Of a stretch of DNA of 64,000 nucleotides, positions 10,011 through 20,926 are shown one piece after another. The stretch comes from Magnetococcales bacterium (GTDB taxonomy: Bacteria > Pseudomonadota > Magnetococcia > Magnetococcales > JADGBX01): positions 494-64,493 of the forward strand of contig JADGBX010000004.1 of NCBI GenBank assembly GCA_015231265.1. Direction: 5' to 3'. A program made the translations under genes and the position numbers. Position 1 is the stretch's first letter; every line of letters starts with the position of its first letter. The notes beneath the pieces are model-generated. The model was not told where the DNA came from, searched no databases, and worked only from the letters and a program-made list of their open reading frames with translations.

Positions 10011-11624
10011 TTACAGGTTGGCAAAAAAATCGTTGCCTTTATCATCTACCACAATAAAGGCGGGGAAGTTCTCCACCTCAATTCGGTAGACCGCCTCCAT
10101 ACCTAGTTCAGGATAGTCGATCACTTCGGATTTTGTGATGCACTCCTCAGCCAGTCGCGCCGCAGCGCCGCCTATGGAGCCGAGATAGAACCCACCATTA
10201 TCTTTACAGGCGTTGGTCACATCACCACTGCGATTGCCCTTTGCAAGCATTACATATGAACCACCATGCTTCTGGAAGAGATCCACATAACTGTCCATCC
10301 GTCCTGCGGTGGTGGGACCGAACGAACCCGATGCATAACCATCCGGAGTCTTGGCAGGGCCAGCATAATAGACGATGTGATTCTTGAAATAATCGGGCAT
10401 CGGCTCGTTGCGTTCCAACCGCTCCTTGATCTTGGCGTGGGCGATATCACGCGCAACGACGATGGGGCCGTTCAACATCACTCTCGTCTTGATGGGATAG
10501 GCTGAGAGCTCCTTCTTGATCTCATCCATAGGGCGGTTGAGGTCGAGTGTTACCACCTGAGCACTCAGAGACTCCGGTGGTGTCTCGGGAAGGAAACGCG
10601 CTGGTTCAGTCTCCAGAGCTTCGATCCAGATTCCAGAGCGGTCGATACGGGCAAGAACGTTTCGATCGGCTGAGCAGGAGACTCCAATGCCCACAGGACA
10701 TGAAGCACCATGACGAGGAAGGCGAATTACCCGTACGTCGTGGGCGAAGTAGCGTCCGCCGAACTGGGCACCCAGGCCATACTCCCGAGTCATCTGCAGG
10801 ATCTCTTTCTCCAGCTCACGATCTCGGAAACCATGACCAGCTCCACTTCCTTTGTCAGGCAGTGTATCCAGATAGCGGGCGGAAGCCAGTTTCACCGTTT
10901 TCAAGGTGTGCTCGGCAGAGGTTCCACCGATAACCACGGCGAGATGATAAGGAGGACACGCGGCTGTTCCCAGGCTCTTCAACTCCTCTTTCAAGAATTC
11001 TCTCAGGCTGTCCGGATTGAGAAGTGCCTTTGTTCGTTGGTAGAGAAAGGTTTTGTTGGCAGATCCTCCACCCTTGGCCATGAACAAGAACCGATAGGCG
11101 TCACCATCCACCGCCTCAAGGTCGATCTGAGCCGGGAGATTACTGCCTGTATTGGCCTCATCAAACATGGTGAGCGGGGCCACCTGAGAGTAGCGCAGAT
11201 TACCCTGGGTATAGGCATTGAACACACCACGCGACAGCGCTTTTCTATCGCCACCACCTGTCCAGACCGACTCCCCCTTCTTGCCCATGATGATCGCTGT
11301 TCCGGTATCCTGGCACCCAGGGAGAACACCACCTGCTGCGATATTGGCGTTCTTCAGTAGTTCAAAGGCGACATAGCGATCATTGTCGGAGGCTTCAGGA
11401 TCGTCCAAAATAGCACGAAGCTGTTTGAGATGGCTGGTTCTGAGCAGGTGCTCCACATCGCGAAATGCCCGTTCTGCCAGTAGTGTTAACCCTTCAGGGG
11501 CGACCTCAAGGATCTCGCGACCCCCAACGTCCTTGACAGAAACATGCTTTTTGGACACCAGTCGGTATTGCGTCTCCGTATCCGGTCCCAAAGGCAACAG
11601 ATCAGTGTATTGAAACGTGGGCAT
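10011..11624 (-). CDS. fumA: Fumarate hydratase class I (Fe-S)
   Basis: [35 protein letters not shown] motifs. Confidence 0.95.
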   Translation of the reverse strand: MPTFQYTDLLPLGPDTETQYRLVSKKHVSVKDVGGREILEVAPEGLTLLAERAFRDVEHLLRTSHLKQLRAILDDPEASDNDRYVAFELLKNANIAAGGVLPGCQDTGTAIIMGKKGESVWTGGGDRKALSRGVFNAYTQGNLRYSQVAPLTMFDEANTGSNLPAQIDLEAVDGDAYRFLFMAKGGGSANKTFLYQRTKALLNPDSLREFLKEELKSLGTAACPPYHLAVVIGGTSAEHTLKTVKLASARYLDTLPDKGSGAGHGFRDRELEKEILQMTREYGLGAQFGGRYFAHDVRVIRLPRHGASCPVGIGVSCSADRNVLARIDRSGIWIEALETEPARFLPETPPESLSAQVVTLDLNRPMDEIKKELSAYPIKTRVMLNGPIVVARDIAHAKIKERLERNEPMPDYFKNHIVYYAGPAKTPDGYASGSFGPTTAGRMDSYVDLFQKHGGSYVMLAKGNRSGDVTNACKDNGGFYLGSIGGAAARLAEECITKSEVIDYPELGMEAVYRIEVENFPAFIVVDDKGNDFFANL

Positions 11625-11782
11625 GGTCCACTCCTTGCCTTCACTATTCTACAGTTCAATTAAGATGTGGTTACTCTCTTTGAAACAGGCTGACAGCTCA
11701 TCACATCGGGACAGGAACGATTTCACTCTCCCGCGAGAAGTCGGCCCAAGGGTAGCATGATCCTGCACAACCGGAAACGTCC

Positions 11783-12427
11783 ATGCCATATTCCCAACTC
11801 TCGGTTCACGATCTGATCATTCACATCGGCTTGTGGCTGCTCTTCGCCCTTCAGCACTCCGGAATGGCCTCTGAACGCTTCAAAAAGGGGTGGTGCCGCC
11901 TCCTTGGACCTCTCGCAGCGGCTGAGCGCCTCCTCTATAACCTTATTTCAGCCCTATGCACCTCAGCGATTCTGTTACACGCCTATCAATTCCTTCCCCA
12001 CACGCCACTCTTTCGTCCGGAGGGGTATATGCTTCTGACTCTCTTCGGCGTACAGTTTCTCGGAGCGATGGGAATGCTGGCAGCTCTGGCCACCTATGAT
12101 CTGGCCCGTTTTTCTGGCTTTGCCGCACTACGTGCAGCCTCCAGCGGAGAAAACCTCCCTGAAGAGCCTTTTCAGATCGCTTGGCCGCATCGATTTGTTC
12201 GTCATCCTGTCTACGCATGCGGCCTGTTGGTGATCTGGGTCAGGCCACTGGATACGGCGGCACTGATTCTCAATCTCTGTGCAACCACCTACCTGATCAT
12301 AGGCATGCGTTTGGAAGAGGGAAGGCTCCTGACAGCCTATGGAGAACCCTACATGCGCTACCGAAAACAGGTTCCTGCTTTGATCCCTTTGCCTGGACGC
12401 TCCCTACCTCGGTTTCGAGCCCGTTGA
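11783..12427 (+). CDS. Isoprenylcysteine carboxyl methyltransferase / nurim / MddA-like membrane methyltransferase
   Basis: LFALQHSGMA, VRHP, EE..L...YG..Y..YR..VP; several TM helices. Confidence 0.75.
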   Translation: MPYSQLSVHDLIIHIGLWLLFALQHSGMASERFKKGWCRLLGPLAAAERLLYNLISALCTSAILLHAYQFLPHTPLFRPEGYMLLTLFGVQFLGAMGMLAALATYDLARFSGFAALRAASSGENLPEEPFQIAWPHRFVRHPVYACGLLVIWVRPLDTAALILNLCATTYLIIGMRLEEGRLLTAYGEPYMRYRKQVPALIPLPGRSLPRFRAR

Positions 12428-12460
12428 TGAGATCCGGAAGAGCCTGTGCACAGTTACAGA

Positions 12461-13423
12461 TCAGGCGATGCTTGCCACGACATAATCAGGACGGATCCCC
12501 CTCGCCTCGTACAGTAAGGGCAGTGTCTCCTCTTCACCCTGATAGACTCCGGAGAGAGTCAAACATGTTTTAAAGCCCATGGCTGCACCCCCTAGGATAT
12601 CGGTATCCAATGTGTCGCCAACCATGAGAATCTTCTCGGGATCAACCGAGTCATCCAGAGTAGAGAGCGCCAGGGTGAAGATCGGGGTAAACGGTTTTCC
12701 ACAGCCGATGATCGGCATGTCGAATTGCTCGGATAGTTCCATGGTGGTATATCCGGCCACCGCATTCAGACGCCCGTCACTCTCCGGAGCCACCAGATCG
12801 GGATTGGCAAGAAGAATGGGGCACTGTTTCTCCTGCAACAGCGTATCCACCTCCTCACGCTGCTCGGTGACGTAGTAATCGCGATTACTGCACATGATGA
12901 TGCTCTCGGCATCACGCCAAGAGAGCGCATTGCCATCATGGCTCACCAACAACTGTTCCGGGTTGGGAGCATAAGAACCGCGACTGTCAGCAGTACCAAC
13001 CATGTAGTAGGGTTTTCCCTGCAAATCAGTTGTTGCCATGAAAGGAATCACCGCCATACCTGAGCTGACGATCTCCTCCTTGGCAATCTCAAACCCCATA
13101 TCCTTGAACCGCAACTCAAGCTTTTCGGGTGATTGAGAGGCGTTGTTGGAGACAATCCGATACCTCTTACCCATCGCTTTAAGCTTCTTAAGTGTTGCCG
13201 CAGCTCCCGGTATTGGTTTCCGACCAACATTCAGCACACCGAAAGCATCAAAAAACAGAGCATCGAACTGCTCCACCAACTCCCAAAAGGAGGAGACGGA
13301 AGCTACCCCTCCGGCACGTAAACGCTGATCCAATGTCTCATCATCACGACACAACATCTGCCGATAGCGTGCATAATAGGGTGTAAGTTTCTTCTGACCG
13401 AGAATGGCAGGTTTTCCGTTCAT
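12461..13423 (-). CDS. HAD-superfamily hydrolase, subfamily IIA
   Basis: FDAFGVL, VSNNAS, NPD, GKP, MVGDTLDTDILG. Confidence 0.88.
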   Translation of the reverse strand: MNGKPAILGQKKLTPYYARYRQMLCRDDETLDQRLRAGGVASVSSFWELVEQFDALFFDAFGVLNVGRKPIPGAAATLKKLKAMGKRYRIVSNNASQSPEKLELRFKDMGFEIAKEEIVSSGMAVIPFMATTDLQGKPYYMVGTADSRGSYAPNPEQLLVSHDGNALSWRDAESIIMCSNRDYYVTEQREEVDTLLQEKQCPILLANPDLVAPESDGRLNAVAGYTTMELSEQFDMPIIGCGKPFTPIFTLALSTLDDSVDPEKILMVGDTLDTDILGGAAMGFKTCLTLSGVYQGEEETLPLLYEARGIRPDYVVASIA

Positions 13424-13571
13424 GTGAGTTCTCCTTTATTGGCTCCATCACCACTCCATCACCACTAAAATGGTAACAGAGACGCTTCGTCCAACAACAC
13501 TGACAACATGCTGCTCCTGCAGTGTTTGTTCAGTTTCTGGTGGCAAGATCAACAGGTTTGCGTTGCAATTT

Positions 13572-13586
13572 ATAGATGATCAGTAT
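13572..13586. promoter_or_regulatory. Possible LysR-type T-N11-A box in the divergent HAD/LysR intergenic region
   Basis: ATA-GATGATCAG-TAT (ATA-N9-TAT) in an AT-rich stretch upstream of the LysR gene. Confidence 0.3.
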
Positions 13587-13731
13587 ATTTTCTTACCATA
13601 TCCATTTTGATTATGAATCAGGATCTCTGTAAGGACTCTTCTGCAAGCAGGCAACAACAGACCAGGAAGCGTTCCAGAGACGTGATCTACATCCGACCAC
13701 GGAGAGGTCTGCAACAACAAGGTGTTGATTC

Positions 13732-14676
13732 ATGAGCTTTTCAGATACACGACTCCGGGTTTTTTACGCCGTCGCGAAACAACTCTCTTTTACCAGAGCA
13801 GCAGAAGAACTCTATCTCACACAGCCTGCGGTCACCTTTCAGATCCGGCAGCTGGAAGAGCACTTTAATACACGACTGTTTGACCGTCACCATAACCGGA
13901 TCTCCCTCACGGAAGCCGGAGAAGTGGTGTTCGGATACGCCGAACGCATTTTGGAACTCTACCGGGAGACCGACAAGGCGATCAATGAGATGACCGGGGT
14001 CACTCGGGGAATCGTCAAGATCGGCGCCTCTACAACCATCGGCGAGTACCTGTTTCCCAGAATCCTCAGCGGCTATCACGACAATTTTCCCAATGTCCAA
14101 ATTCGACTCAGCGTCGACAACACCCGCTTGGTGGTGCGCAAACTGGAAGATGCGACTATTGATGTGGGCATGGTGGAAGGGCCGGTCAAAAACAAGAATA
14201 TCGTCACTGCTGACTGTCTGGAAGATGAGCTTGTTGTCATTCTGCCTCCTGATCATCCCCTGACCAAGATGAAGGAGATCCCTCTGGCCAAGTTCAAAGA
14301 GTGCCCGTTCGTCTCCCGTGACGAAGGATCGGGGACGCGTGAGGTGATCACTGATCTGCTCGGACAGGCTGGACTGCCATACGATCAGCTCAATGCAATT
14401 CTTGAACTTGGTACCACCGAGTCGGTAAAGGGTGCTGTCGAAGGGGGAGTCGGTGTCAGCATCGTCTCCATCGTCTCTTTGCGGAAAGAGCTGAAACTGG
14501 GCACGTTGGTTGCTCGCCGGATCAAGAGCGTTCCTCTAAAAAGAGAGATCCGCTTTGTCTACCAGAAACAGAAATTCCGTACCAAAGCGGTGGAAGAGTT
14601 TCTTAAATTTGCTCAAACACAGTGTCAACGACTCTCTGAGGAGATGGAGATATCGATTCAGGACAGCAGTTCCTGA
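13732..14676 (+). CDS. LysR-family transcriptional regulator (CysL/YeiE-like)
   Basis: HTH SFTRAAEELYLTQPAVTFQIRQLE; GASTTIGEY; RDEGSGTR. Confidence 0.92.
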   Translation: MSFSDTRLRVFYAVAKQLSFTRAAEELYLTQPAVTFQIRQLEEHFNTRLFDRHHNRISLTEAGEVVFGYAERILELYRETDKAINEMTGVTRGIVKIGASTTIGEYLFPRILSGYHDNFPNVQIRLSVDNTRLVVRKLEDATIDVGMVEGPVKNKNIVTADCLEDELVVILPPDHPLTKMKEIPLAKFKECPFVSRDEGSGTREVITDLLGQAGLPYDQLNAILELGTTESVKGAVEGGVGVSIVSIVSLRKELKLGTLVARRIKSVPLKREIRFVYQKQKFRTKAVEEFLKFAQTQCQRLSEEMEISIQDSSS

Positions 14677-16622
14677 TCTTTCGACGACTCAGACACTTTC
14701 CAGAGGATTTCTCCTGCAACGCCTGTGATTCTGCTCACAGGCGTTGTGCCTTGAACAGCATTTCCCAACACGATCGCTTCTACTTTCTCCAGGTCATGTA
14801 ACACAAGAGAGCGCTCTTGTGCTCCGGACTCACCAATAAACTGCGCACGCCAGAGACTCTTCAACAGACCATCCTCAAGAGGTGGAACAAACCACTTCCC
14901 CTCCATTCTATACGCGAGTCCGCGAATGGCAGTCTCCGTCACACAGCTCCGTTTATTGACGAACAGTGCATCATCACTCCCCTGGGTTCTGGCTTCAGCC
15001 AACGCTTCATCAAAGTGATGACGACGACTGATTTTGTACCGTAGCAATCTCTCGTTATTGTCGATGATCGTTCTGGATATCACCAGTCGCAATGAAGGGT
15101 TCGGATCTGGTAGCGGGCGCGTCAACCAAGTCATCTCACCAGTTGCATCAAGGGTGATCCTGAGCACGAATGGCAGGGCGCTGCCCTGCATAATTGTGGC
15201 CAGTTCAGTGTTGACGACTTCTGAAATGAGTGTCTGAAACCTCACGGCATCAAAAAGAAACCCAAGAGCCCTGGCCGATTGGTGCAGACGAGACGTGTGT
15301 TCAGACAAGAGGACAACAGACAGATCCGCCTCGACACGCATGGTTTCAATCAACTGGAAGGGTGCAGTCTCTCTGGAGAAAGGGGCGGTCTCCGTCATAA
15401 ATCGCCCTTTGTCAGCCAGCTCCTGCCACTCAGCATCGGTCTGGGAATCAGCAACGATTCCTCCTCCCAGTCCGAGTGTTGCTTGGTGATCCCCGTCCCA
15501 GGTCACTGTCCGAATTGCGACATTGAAGAGATAGTCACCGCCTGGAAGAAAAGCACCGATCGCGCCTGTATAGACACCGCGTGGAAACTGCTCCAACTCA
15601 CGAATGATCTCCATGGTGCGATGCTTGGGAGCGCCTGTGATTGACGCTGCTGGAAAGAGAGACTGCATCTGATCCGAGAATTTCGTTCCAGGATGCGCAC
15701 GACCTCTCACCCGTGTCTCCAGGTGATGGACTGAAGGGAAGGCACGCCAGGAGATGAGATCTCCCGTCGTCACGCTGCCGGTTTGGCACACACGGCCCAG
15801 ATCGTTACGAACCATATCAACGATCATCACATGCTCGGCACGATCCTTCTCTGACGAGAGAAGTTCCTGCCGGATTGCCATATCTGTTGTCGAATCGCTC
15901 TGTCGAGGTCGGGTGCCCTTGATCGGCCCCGACTCCAGATCATCCCCCACTCTGGCCAGAAACAGTTCCGGTGAAAAGGAAGTAACGGTCCAGTTCCCTT
16001 GGGAAATCCATGCACCGAAAGGGTGTCGATGGCGTGTCTGAAGATCGAGGAAGATCTGGGCTGGGTCACCCCTATCCAGGTGAATTCTGGAACGGGTGGT
16101 GAAGTTAACCTGATAACTATCACCGGCAAGGATTAGATCGTTGATCTTTGAAAGAGCATCGACATAGCCCGAACGACTTAGATCCAGATGACAAGAGAAC
16201 GGTGATGAAGGGGGTGACAACGAGTGTGGAGGCGAGTCGGGAATCAAACAGGCAGGCAGTGCGCTGTCATAGACGGCAAACCAGACCAAAGGCAATTGGG
16301 GTGAACCGGTTTCCGTCAATGTGCCTGATCGAGATGTGAAAACAGGAAGTCCAAAAGCGGCAGAAGCTTCATAAGAGATCCAACCAGCGACCCATTTTCC
16401 AGCCTCCGAGGCTTTTTCAGCCTCAGAGAGCACTGAGGTAACCTGGTCAGAACTGTACGCAGTCAATAATCGTTCTGGAGAGGTGAGTAGCAGAGGCACC
16501 GCAAAAGGGGCAAAATCCAGCAGCACACTCTCGCGATGTTCATGGAGCCAAAGAGGTGTGACAGGGATGGGATCACTGTCACGCAGAAGCGCTTGAATCG
16601 ACGCATCGAAAGATGTCGACAT
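14658..16622 (-). CDS. pabB: Aminodeoxychorismate synthase component I fused to a class IV aminotransferase-like (PabC-like) domain
   Basis: GDSYQVN, SFSPELF, PIKGTRPR, AEHVMIVDMVRNDLG, SITGAPK, NVAIRT; C-terminal LIETMR..H..RL domain. Overlaps the 3' end of LysR by 19 bp. Confidence 0.88.
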   Translation of the reverse strand: MSTSFDASIQALLRDSDPIPVTPLWLHEHRESVLLDFAPFAVPLLLTSPERLLTAYSSDQVTSVLSEAEKASEAGKWVAGWISYEASAAFGLPVFTSRSGTLTETGSPQLPLVWFAVYDSALPACLIPDSPPHSLSPPSSPFSCHLDLSRSGYVDALSKINDLILAGDSYQVNFTTRSRIHLDRGDPAQIFLDLQTRHRHPFGAWISQGNWTVTSFSPELFLARVGDDLESGPIKGTRPRQSDSTTDMAIRQELLSSEKDRAEHVMIVDMVRNDLGRVCQTGSVTTGDLISWRAFPSVHHLETRVRGRAHPGTKFSDQMQSLFPAASITGAPKHRTMEIIRELEQFPRGVYTGAIGAFLPGGDYLFNVAIRTVTWDGDHQATLGLGGGIVADSQTDAEWQELADKGRFMTETAPFSRETAPFQLIETMRVEADLSVVLLSEHTSRLHQSARALGFLFDAVRFQTLISEVVNTELATIMQGSALPFVLRITLDATGEMTWLTRPLPDPNPSLRLVISRTIIDNNERLLRYKISRRHHFDEALAEARTQGSDDALFVNKRSCVTETAIRGLAYRMEGKWFVPPLEDGLLKSLWRAQFIGESGAQERSLVLHDLEKVEAIVLGNAVQGTTPVSRITGVAGEILWKVSESSKDQELLS

Positions 16623-16681
16623 GGAGACAGCGTTCCTTCACTGACAACCCAATGGAACGTCATGACACTCAGCACGGGGAG

Positions 16682-16738
16682 AGTATCCCAGCTCTCCCAA
16701 AGAGCTAGGCGTAGAGTAGTATCCCAGCTCTCCCAAAG
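16682..16738. repeat. Two identical 21-bp direct repeats, 36-bp period
   Basis: AGTATCCCAGCTCTCCCAAAG at 16682-16702 and 16718-16738. Confidence 0.9.
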
Positions 16739-16766
16739 TGCGTGTCAAGAGAGGCCCAAAGCAGTT

Positions 16767-17654
16767 TTACAGAATGTCATGCGCTTGCAAGACTGGTCGG
16801 GGATCAACATGTAGCCTCTTGATACCCAGATCCTTCTCATCGATCCCCATGGCCAGACCAAGCAACTGAGCGAAGTTCAGCTCCGGCAGCTCAATCTTCT
16901 TGCCGATAGTGGCTTCGATAGGTCCCTGGTTGGCTCCCATGATCATATCGCACAATGTACAGGGCGAGATCATCACATCGGCACCGGCTTCACGGGCATT
17001 GAGACAGTTCTTACCCGCCATCTCATGGGTCTCCTGCTTATCGGAGAGCATGAAATGGAAACCGCAACACTTGTCATGCCCATCGTAAGCAACCGGCTTT
17101 CCACCCAAGAGTTCAATGAGTCGATCCAGATGATCGGCCTCTTCACCGGCCTTGGCATCAAAGATCTCGGCAGGACGAATATTGTGACAACCGTAGAAGG
17201 GTGCCACCTGCAAACCATTGAGTGGTTTTACGATCCGTGACTGGAGTACCTTGGGATCCACCTGATCGGTGATCACCCACAACAGATGATACACCTTGAT
17301 GGATGCCTGATACGGACGAACACCCGACTCTTCAAGCACCTTGTTGATAGATGCGAGAATATCTGGCTCGGTCCGGAAACGGTAGTTGGCATGGGTCAGT
17401 GTCTGCAAGCACGTGTTGCAGACTGTCACCAAATCGCACCCCTTCTCCTCCGCTTCGGAAAGGATCCGGGCAGCAACCGCCAGGGAGAAAGCCGGTTTGG
17501 TCTCGCGCAGGCTGACTGCCCCACAGCAGGTGGAACGCGGCATCTCATGCAGCGTAATTCCAAGAGCTTCACAGACGGAACGCGCTGACCAGTCGGCCTC
17601 TTTCTGAACCTGTTTGGCCGCGCATCCGGGATAATAGGCAAATTCCATCGGCAT
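16767..17654 (-). CDS. HdrB-like CCG-domain subunit (SdhE-type anchor of a type E succinate dehydrogenase/fumarate reductase)
   Basis: YYPGC..TCCGA..CNTC and YGC..KCCG..CTLC (two CCG domains); start moved to the ATG after a GAGGAG RBS. Confidence 0.88.
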   Translation of the reverse strand: MPMEFAYYPGCAAKQVQKEADWSARSVCEALGITLHEMPRSTCCGAVSLRETKPAFSLAVAARILSEAEEKGCDLVTVCNTCLQTLTHANYRFRTEPDILASINKVLEESGVRPYQASIKVYHLLWVITDQVDPKVLQSRIVKPLNGLQVAPFYGCHNIRPAEIFDAKAGEEADHLDRLIELLGGKPVAYDGHDKCCGFHFMLSDKQETHEMAGKNCLNAREAGADVMISPCTLCDMIMGANQGPIEATIGKKIELPELNFAQLLGLAMGIDEKDLGIKRLHVDPRPVLQAHDIL

Positions 17655-17678
17655 GATCGTCTCCTCGCACCGCACCCG

Positions 17679-18683
17679 TTACTCGGGCTCGACCTCTTTG
17701 GCTTTGGTCTCGACATCCAGGGGATTTTTCTCAAGGATATCGTACATCTTGCGAACCTCCTCAATCCCTTCCGCTTTGTGCGGAATCGGCGAGGGGATCT
17801 TGCCCTTCTTCAGTAGATGCAGGGCGGTGGGAATCTCACCCATAGTTCCGAAGATACCAATGGTCCGCATCATGACACTGAACTCGTTCAGATCACCACG
17901 GGAGGTGATATCTTCATGGAATGCCAGAGCATGTTTGGCACCAGTGGTATTGGTAAACCCCTTTTGGATACCGCGAGTCCGCAGTTTGACAATAGCCTCC
18001 ATGGGGGCCACATCCTTGGGACACGCTTCAACACACATGGCGCAACGGCTGCAGGACCACATCATGTGATCTTCCGAAAGCTCCTTAAGGCGGGCCGTCT
18101 TGCACCCTTCACGGGGGTCGGAGACGAACCGGAACGCCTTGGCCAACGCAGCAGGTCCAATATACTCCGGCGACACTTCCGCCACCGTACATTCAGAGTA
18201 GCAGCACCCGCACATGATGCACTGGGTAACGTGGTTGACCTGATCGTAGGAGTTTTGATGAACCTCGGTATCCGCCTCATCCCCCCCTTTGATGAAGGGT
18301 TGGATCTTGATCACCCGATCGAAAAAAGGTGCTATATCGATCGCCATATCCTTGAGTACCGGCTGATTGCCCTGAGGCGCCACCTCAATCACTTGGTGCT
18401 CCTTGCCTTCGACGGACCGAGCAACAATGCCAACATGCGTTTTGCATGCCAGACGAGTCTTGCCGCTGATCTTCATGGCACAGGATCCGCAGATAGCCGA
18501 CCGGCACGACTGCCGATACGTTATAGTGCTATCTTGGTGATCACGAATATCGTCAAGCGCAGTGAGCACCGTAGTCGTCTCTTCGCACTCAATTATGTAC
18601 TCCTGCCAGTTGGTATCCACCTTACCGTTGTCACCGTGGCAGGTGTTGCGCTGAACGCGGAATATGTAGGTCTTAATCGACAT
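17679..18683 (-). CDS. sdhB: Succinate dehydrogenase/fumarate reductase Fe-S subunit with C-terminal extension
   Basis: SCRSAICGSC..LAC [2Fe-2S]; CIMCGCCYSEC; CSRCAMCVEACP. Confidence 0.92.
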   Translation of the reverse strand: MSIKTYIFRVQRNTCHGDNGKVDTNWQEYIIECEETTTVLTALDDIRDHQDSTITYRQSCRSAICGSCAMKISGKTRLACKTHVGIVARSVEGKEHQVIEVAPQGNQPVLKDMAIDIAPFFDRVIKIQPFIKGGDEADTEVHQNSYDQVNHVTQCIMCGCCYSECTVAEVSPEYIGPAALAKAFRFVSDPREGCKTARLKELSEDHMMWSCSRCAMCVEACPKDVAPMEAIVKLRTRGIQKGFTNTTGAKHALAFHEDITSRGDLNEFSVMMRTIGIFGTMGEIPTALHLLKKGKIPSPIPHKAEGIEEVRKMYDILEKNPLDVETKAKEVEPE

Positions 18684-18698
18684 CTTGCTTCCTCTCGC

Positions 18699-20393
18699 TC
18701 AGTAGACCCGTTCCTTGGGTACATATCTGGGATTGTCCACAGTGCGCACCGCCTCATAGGAGAGCTCGACACTCTTGGTTTCGGCATTCCACATTGCGAT
18801 GGTGTGTTTACGCCAATTGTCGTCATCCCGTGTTGGATAGTCCGTGCGTGAATGAGCACCCCGAGACTCTGTGCGGGCGATGGCCCCTTTGATGATGCAC
18901 TCGGCCAGATCAATGATATTACGGAGCTCCAGGGCACGCAGCAGGTTCAAGTTGAACGACTTGGTCTTGTCATCCAGGTGGATTAAGTCATAGTCGCGTC
19001 GCACGCTCGGCAACTGCTCTTCAGCCTGGGCTAATCCATCCGGCGTCCTGAACACGCCACAGTAGGCGTTCATCTTTGATGAGAGACGTGTATGCAACTC
19101 GACGGGCCGAATTCCCCACTCCTCCCTATTGATCAAGTTCTCAATATCCTTGTTAACCTCATCAACGGCTTCTTGTGGGAAGATCCGGTACTCTTGACTA
19201 TTGACGAACTCGCTTGCAGCCTTCCCGGTAATCTTCCCGAACACCACGCCGTCAAGCAGAGAATTACCGCCCAACCTGTTGGCGCCATGTACTGAAACAC
19301 ATGCCGCTTCTCCAGCAGCATAGAGTCCGCTCAGTGGAGAGGCACCATACTTGTCGGTTCGAATTCCGCCCATGGAGTAGTGAGCCGTTGGCCGTACAGG
19401 AATCGGTTCCTTGATTGGATCGACACCCTCCAGGTCGATACAGAGCTGCCTGATCTGCGGCAAACGTTCCATAATCTTTTCGGCACCGAGAAGAGTAAGA
19501 TCAAGGAAAATGGCTCCATCTCGCCCTCTCCCCTCGATGATCTCCGTCTGCTCACCTCGTGAGACCACATCGCGAGAAGCCAGCTCCTTCTTCGTCGGAG
19601 CATATTTACCCATGAAACGCTCACCATCAACGTTGATCAGGACACCCCCTTCACCCCGAGCCCCTTCAGTGACCAGAATGCCGGATGTGCGCAACCCCGT
19701 CGGATGGAACTGTACGAACTCCATATCGGCCAGAGGAGCCCCGGCTCTCAGAGCAAGAGCCATACCGTCGCCGGTGTTGGTGGTGGCGTTGGTGCTGGAC
19801 TGATAAACACGCCCGTAACCACCGGTGGCCATCAGCACCGCTTTACCACGGATGGGGAACACTTCACCGGTCTTGATGTCATAGACGACCACACCGGTCA
19901 CACTCTTACCATCAGGATCAGTGACGAGTTTCAGCACCTGGCACTCTTCGTAAACGGGAACTTTCGCTTTGACCAACTGCTCCCAGAGCACGTGCAACAT
20001 CACCTGCCCGGTACGGTCGGCAGCAAAACATGTCCGGTCGAAGCTGGCCCCACCGAAAGGACGCTGGGCGATCTTGCCGGCTTCTCTTCGAGAGAAGGGA
20101 CACCCCATTCGGTCCATCTCCATGATCGCTTCCGGAGCGGTTTCACACATCAGTTCGATGGCATCCTCGTCACCGATGTAGTCCGACCCTTTAACGGTAT
20201 CGTAGGAGTGGAGAGAGGTGTCATCCTCTGGATCAATGGCTGCATTGACCCCTCCCTGGGCAGCGCACGAATGGCTGCGCAGCGGATGGATCTTACTGAT
20301 GATGGCGACGTTGACGTTCTCTTTAACGCCCTCAAGCGCCGCACGCATGCCGGCCAGTCCTGCACCGACGATTATGAGGTCATGGCTTTTCAT
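18699..20393 (-). CDS. sdhA: Succinate dehydrogenase/fumarate reductase flavoprotein subunit
   Basis: [16 protein letters not shown] (covalent FAD His), [29 protein letters not shown]. Confidence 0.95.
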   Translation of the reverse strand: MKSHDLIIVGAGLAGMRAALEGVKENVNVAIISKIHPLRSHSCAAQGGVNAAIDPEDDTSLHSYDTVKGSDYIGDEDAIELMCETAPEAIMEMDRMGCPFSRREAGKIAQRPFGGASFDRTCFAADRTGQVMLHVLWEQLVKAKVPVYEECQVLKLVTDPDGKSVTGVVVYDIKTGEVFPIRGKAVLMATGGYGRVYQSSTNATTNTGDGMALALRAGAPLADMEFVQFHPTGLRTSGILVTEGARGEGGVLINVDGERFMGKYAPTKKELASRDVVSRGEQTEIIEGRGRDGAIFLDLTLLGAEKIMERLPQIRQLCIDLEGVDPIKEPIPVRPTAHYSMGGIRTDKYGASPLSGLYAAGEAACVSVHGANRLGGNSLLDGVVFGKITGKAASEFVNSQEYRIFPQEAVDEVNKDIENLINREEWGIRPVELHTRLSSKMNAYCGVFRTPDGLAQAEEQLPSVRRDYDLIHLDDKTKSFNLNLLRALELRNIIDLAECIIKGAIARTESRGAHSRTDYPTRDDDNWRKHTIAMWNAETKSVELSYEAVRTVDNPRYVPKERVY

Positions 20394-20926
20394 TCTGCTA
20401 CTCCGCTCATCGGATGACGATACTCCCTGTTCACGATACTCACCGTCCTATCTTCCACCGTGAATGCGCTGCAACGGTGAGAGCATCCTTCGTTGAGTCC
20501 GCGACACGGAATCCCGATCTACACCAAACCCGCGATTATTGAATCTGAAACCATCCACACTGGAAAACGTTGAGCACATGGCTGTCAAAACAGCTCTTCT
20601 TCCTCAAGAATTATGTAAAACTCATTCCGTCACACATACTCACTACAAACAATCAAATATCTCAATATTTTTCGCGCAATACAGCCCACCGTATCTAAGG
20701 GGTCGATTGCGTGAAAACCGGGGGTACATTATGCATATACGATCTTTTTATCTGCAATAATTGTCTATTTGTACAGCTTTCCGACGGGATTGTCAAAAGG
20801 GTCCAACACAAAAAAACACGACACTCCCGTCGATTGCTCGACCCGGGCGGCTATGCTAAACATTATTCTTTAGGCATGCACCAGGGAACAGGCAACGGCC
20901 AGATTCCATTCGCAGTGAGGACCCCC

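Noticed and set aside
13732-14676. Selenium-metabolism role for the LysR regulator
   Set aside because: The subfamily resemblance exists, but I saw no sel genes or in-frame TGA selenoprotein candidates nearby.
16682-16738. Possible mini-CRISPR
   Set aside because: Only two 21-bp repeats with a 15-bp spacer and no cas genes in the window.
17817-18851. 344-aa plus-strand ORF, and similar long antisense ORFs such as 5870-6682, 26508-27203, 37005-37670 and 54983-55624
   Set aside because: They are antisense shadows of well-supported genes and show no recognisable motifs.
20711-20926. 72-aa N-terminal extension of LeuS in the ORF track
   Set aside because: Homology begins at MTEKY (20927), which has an RBS; the extension is an artefact of taking the longest ORF. 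The same applies to TetR (52758), the dipeptidase (51324) and AlaC (58850).
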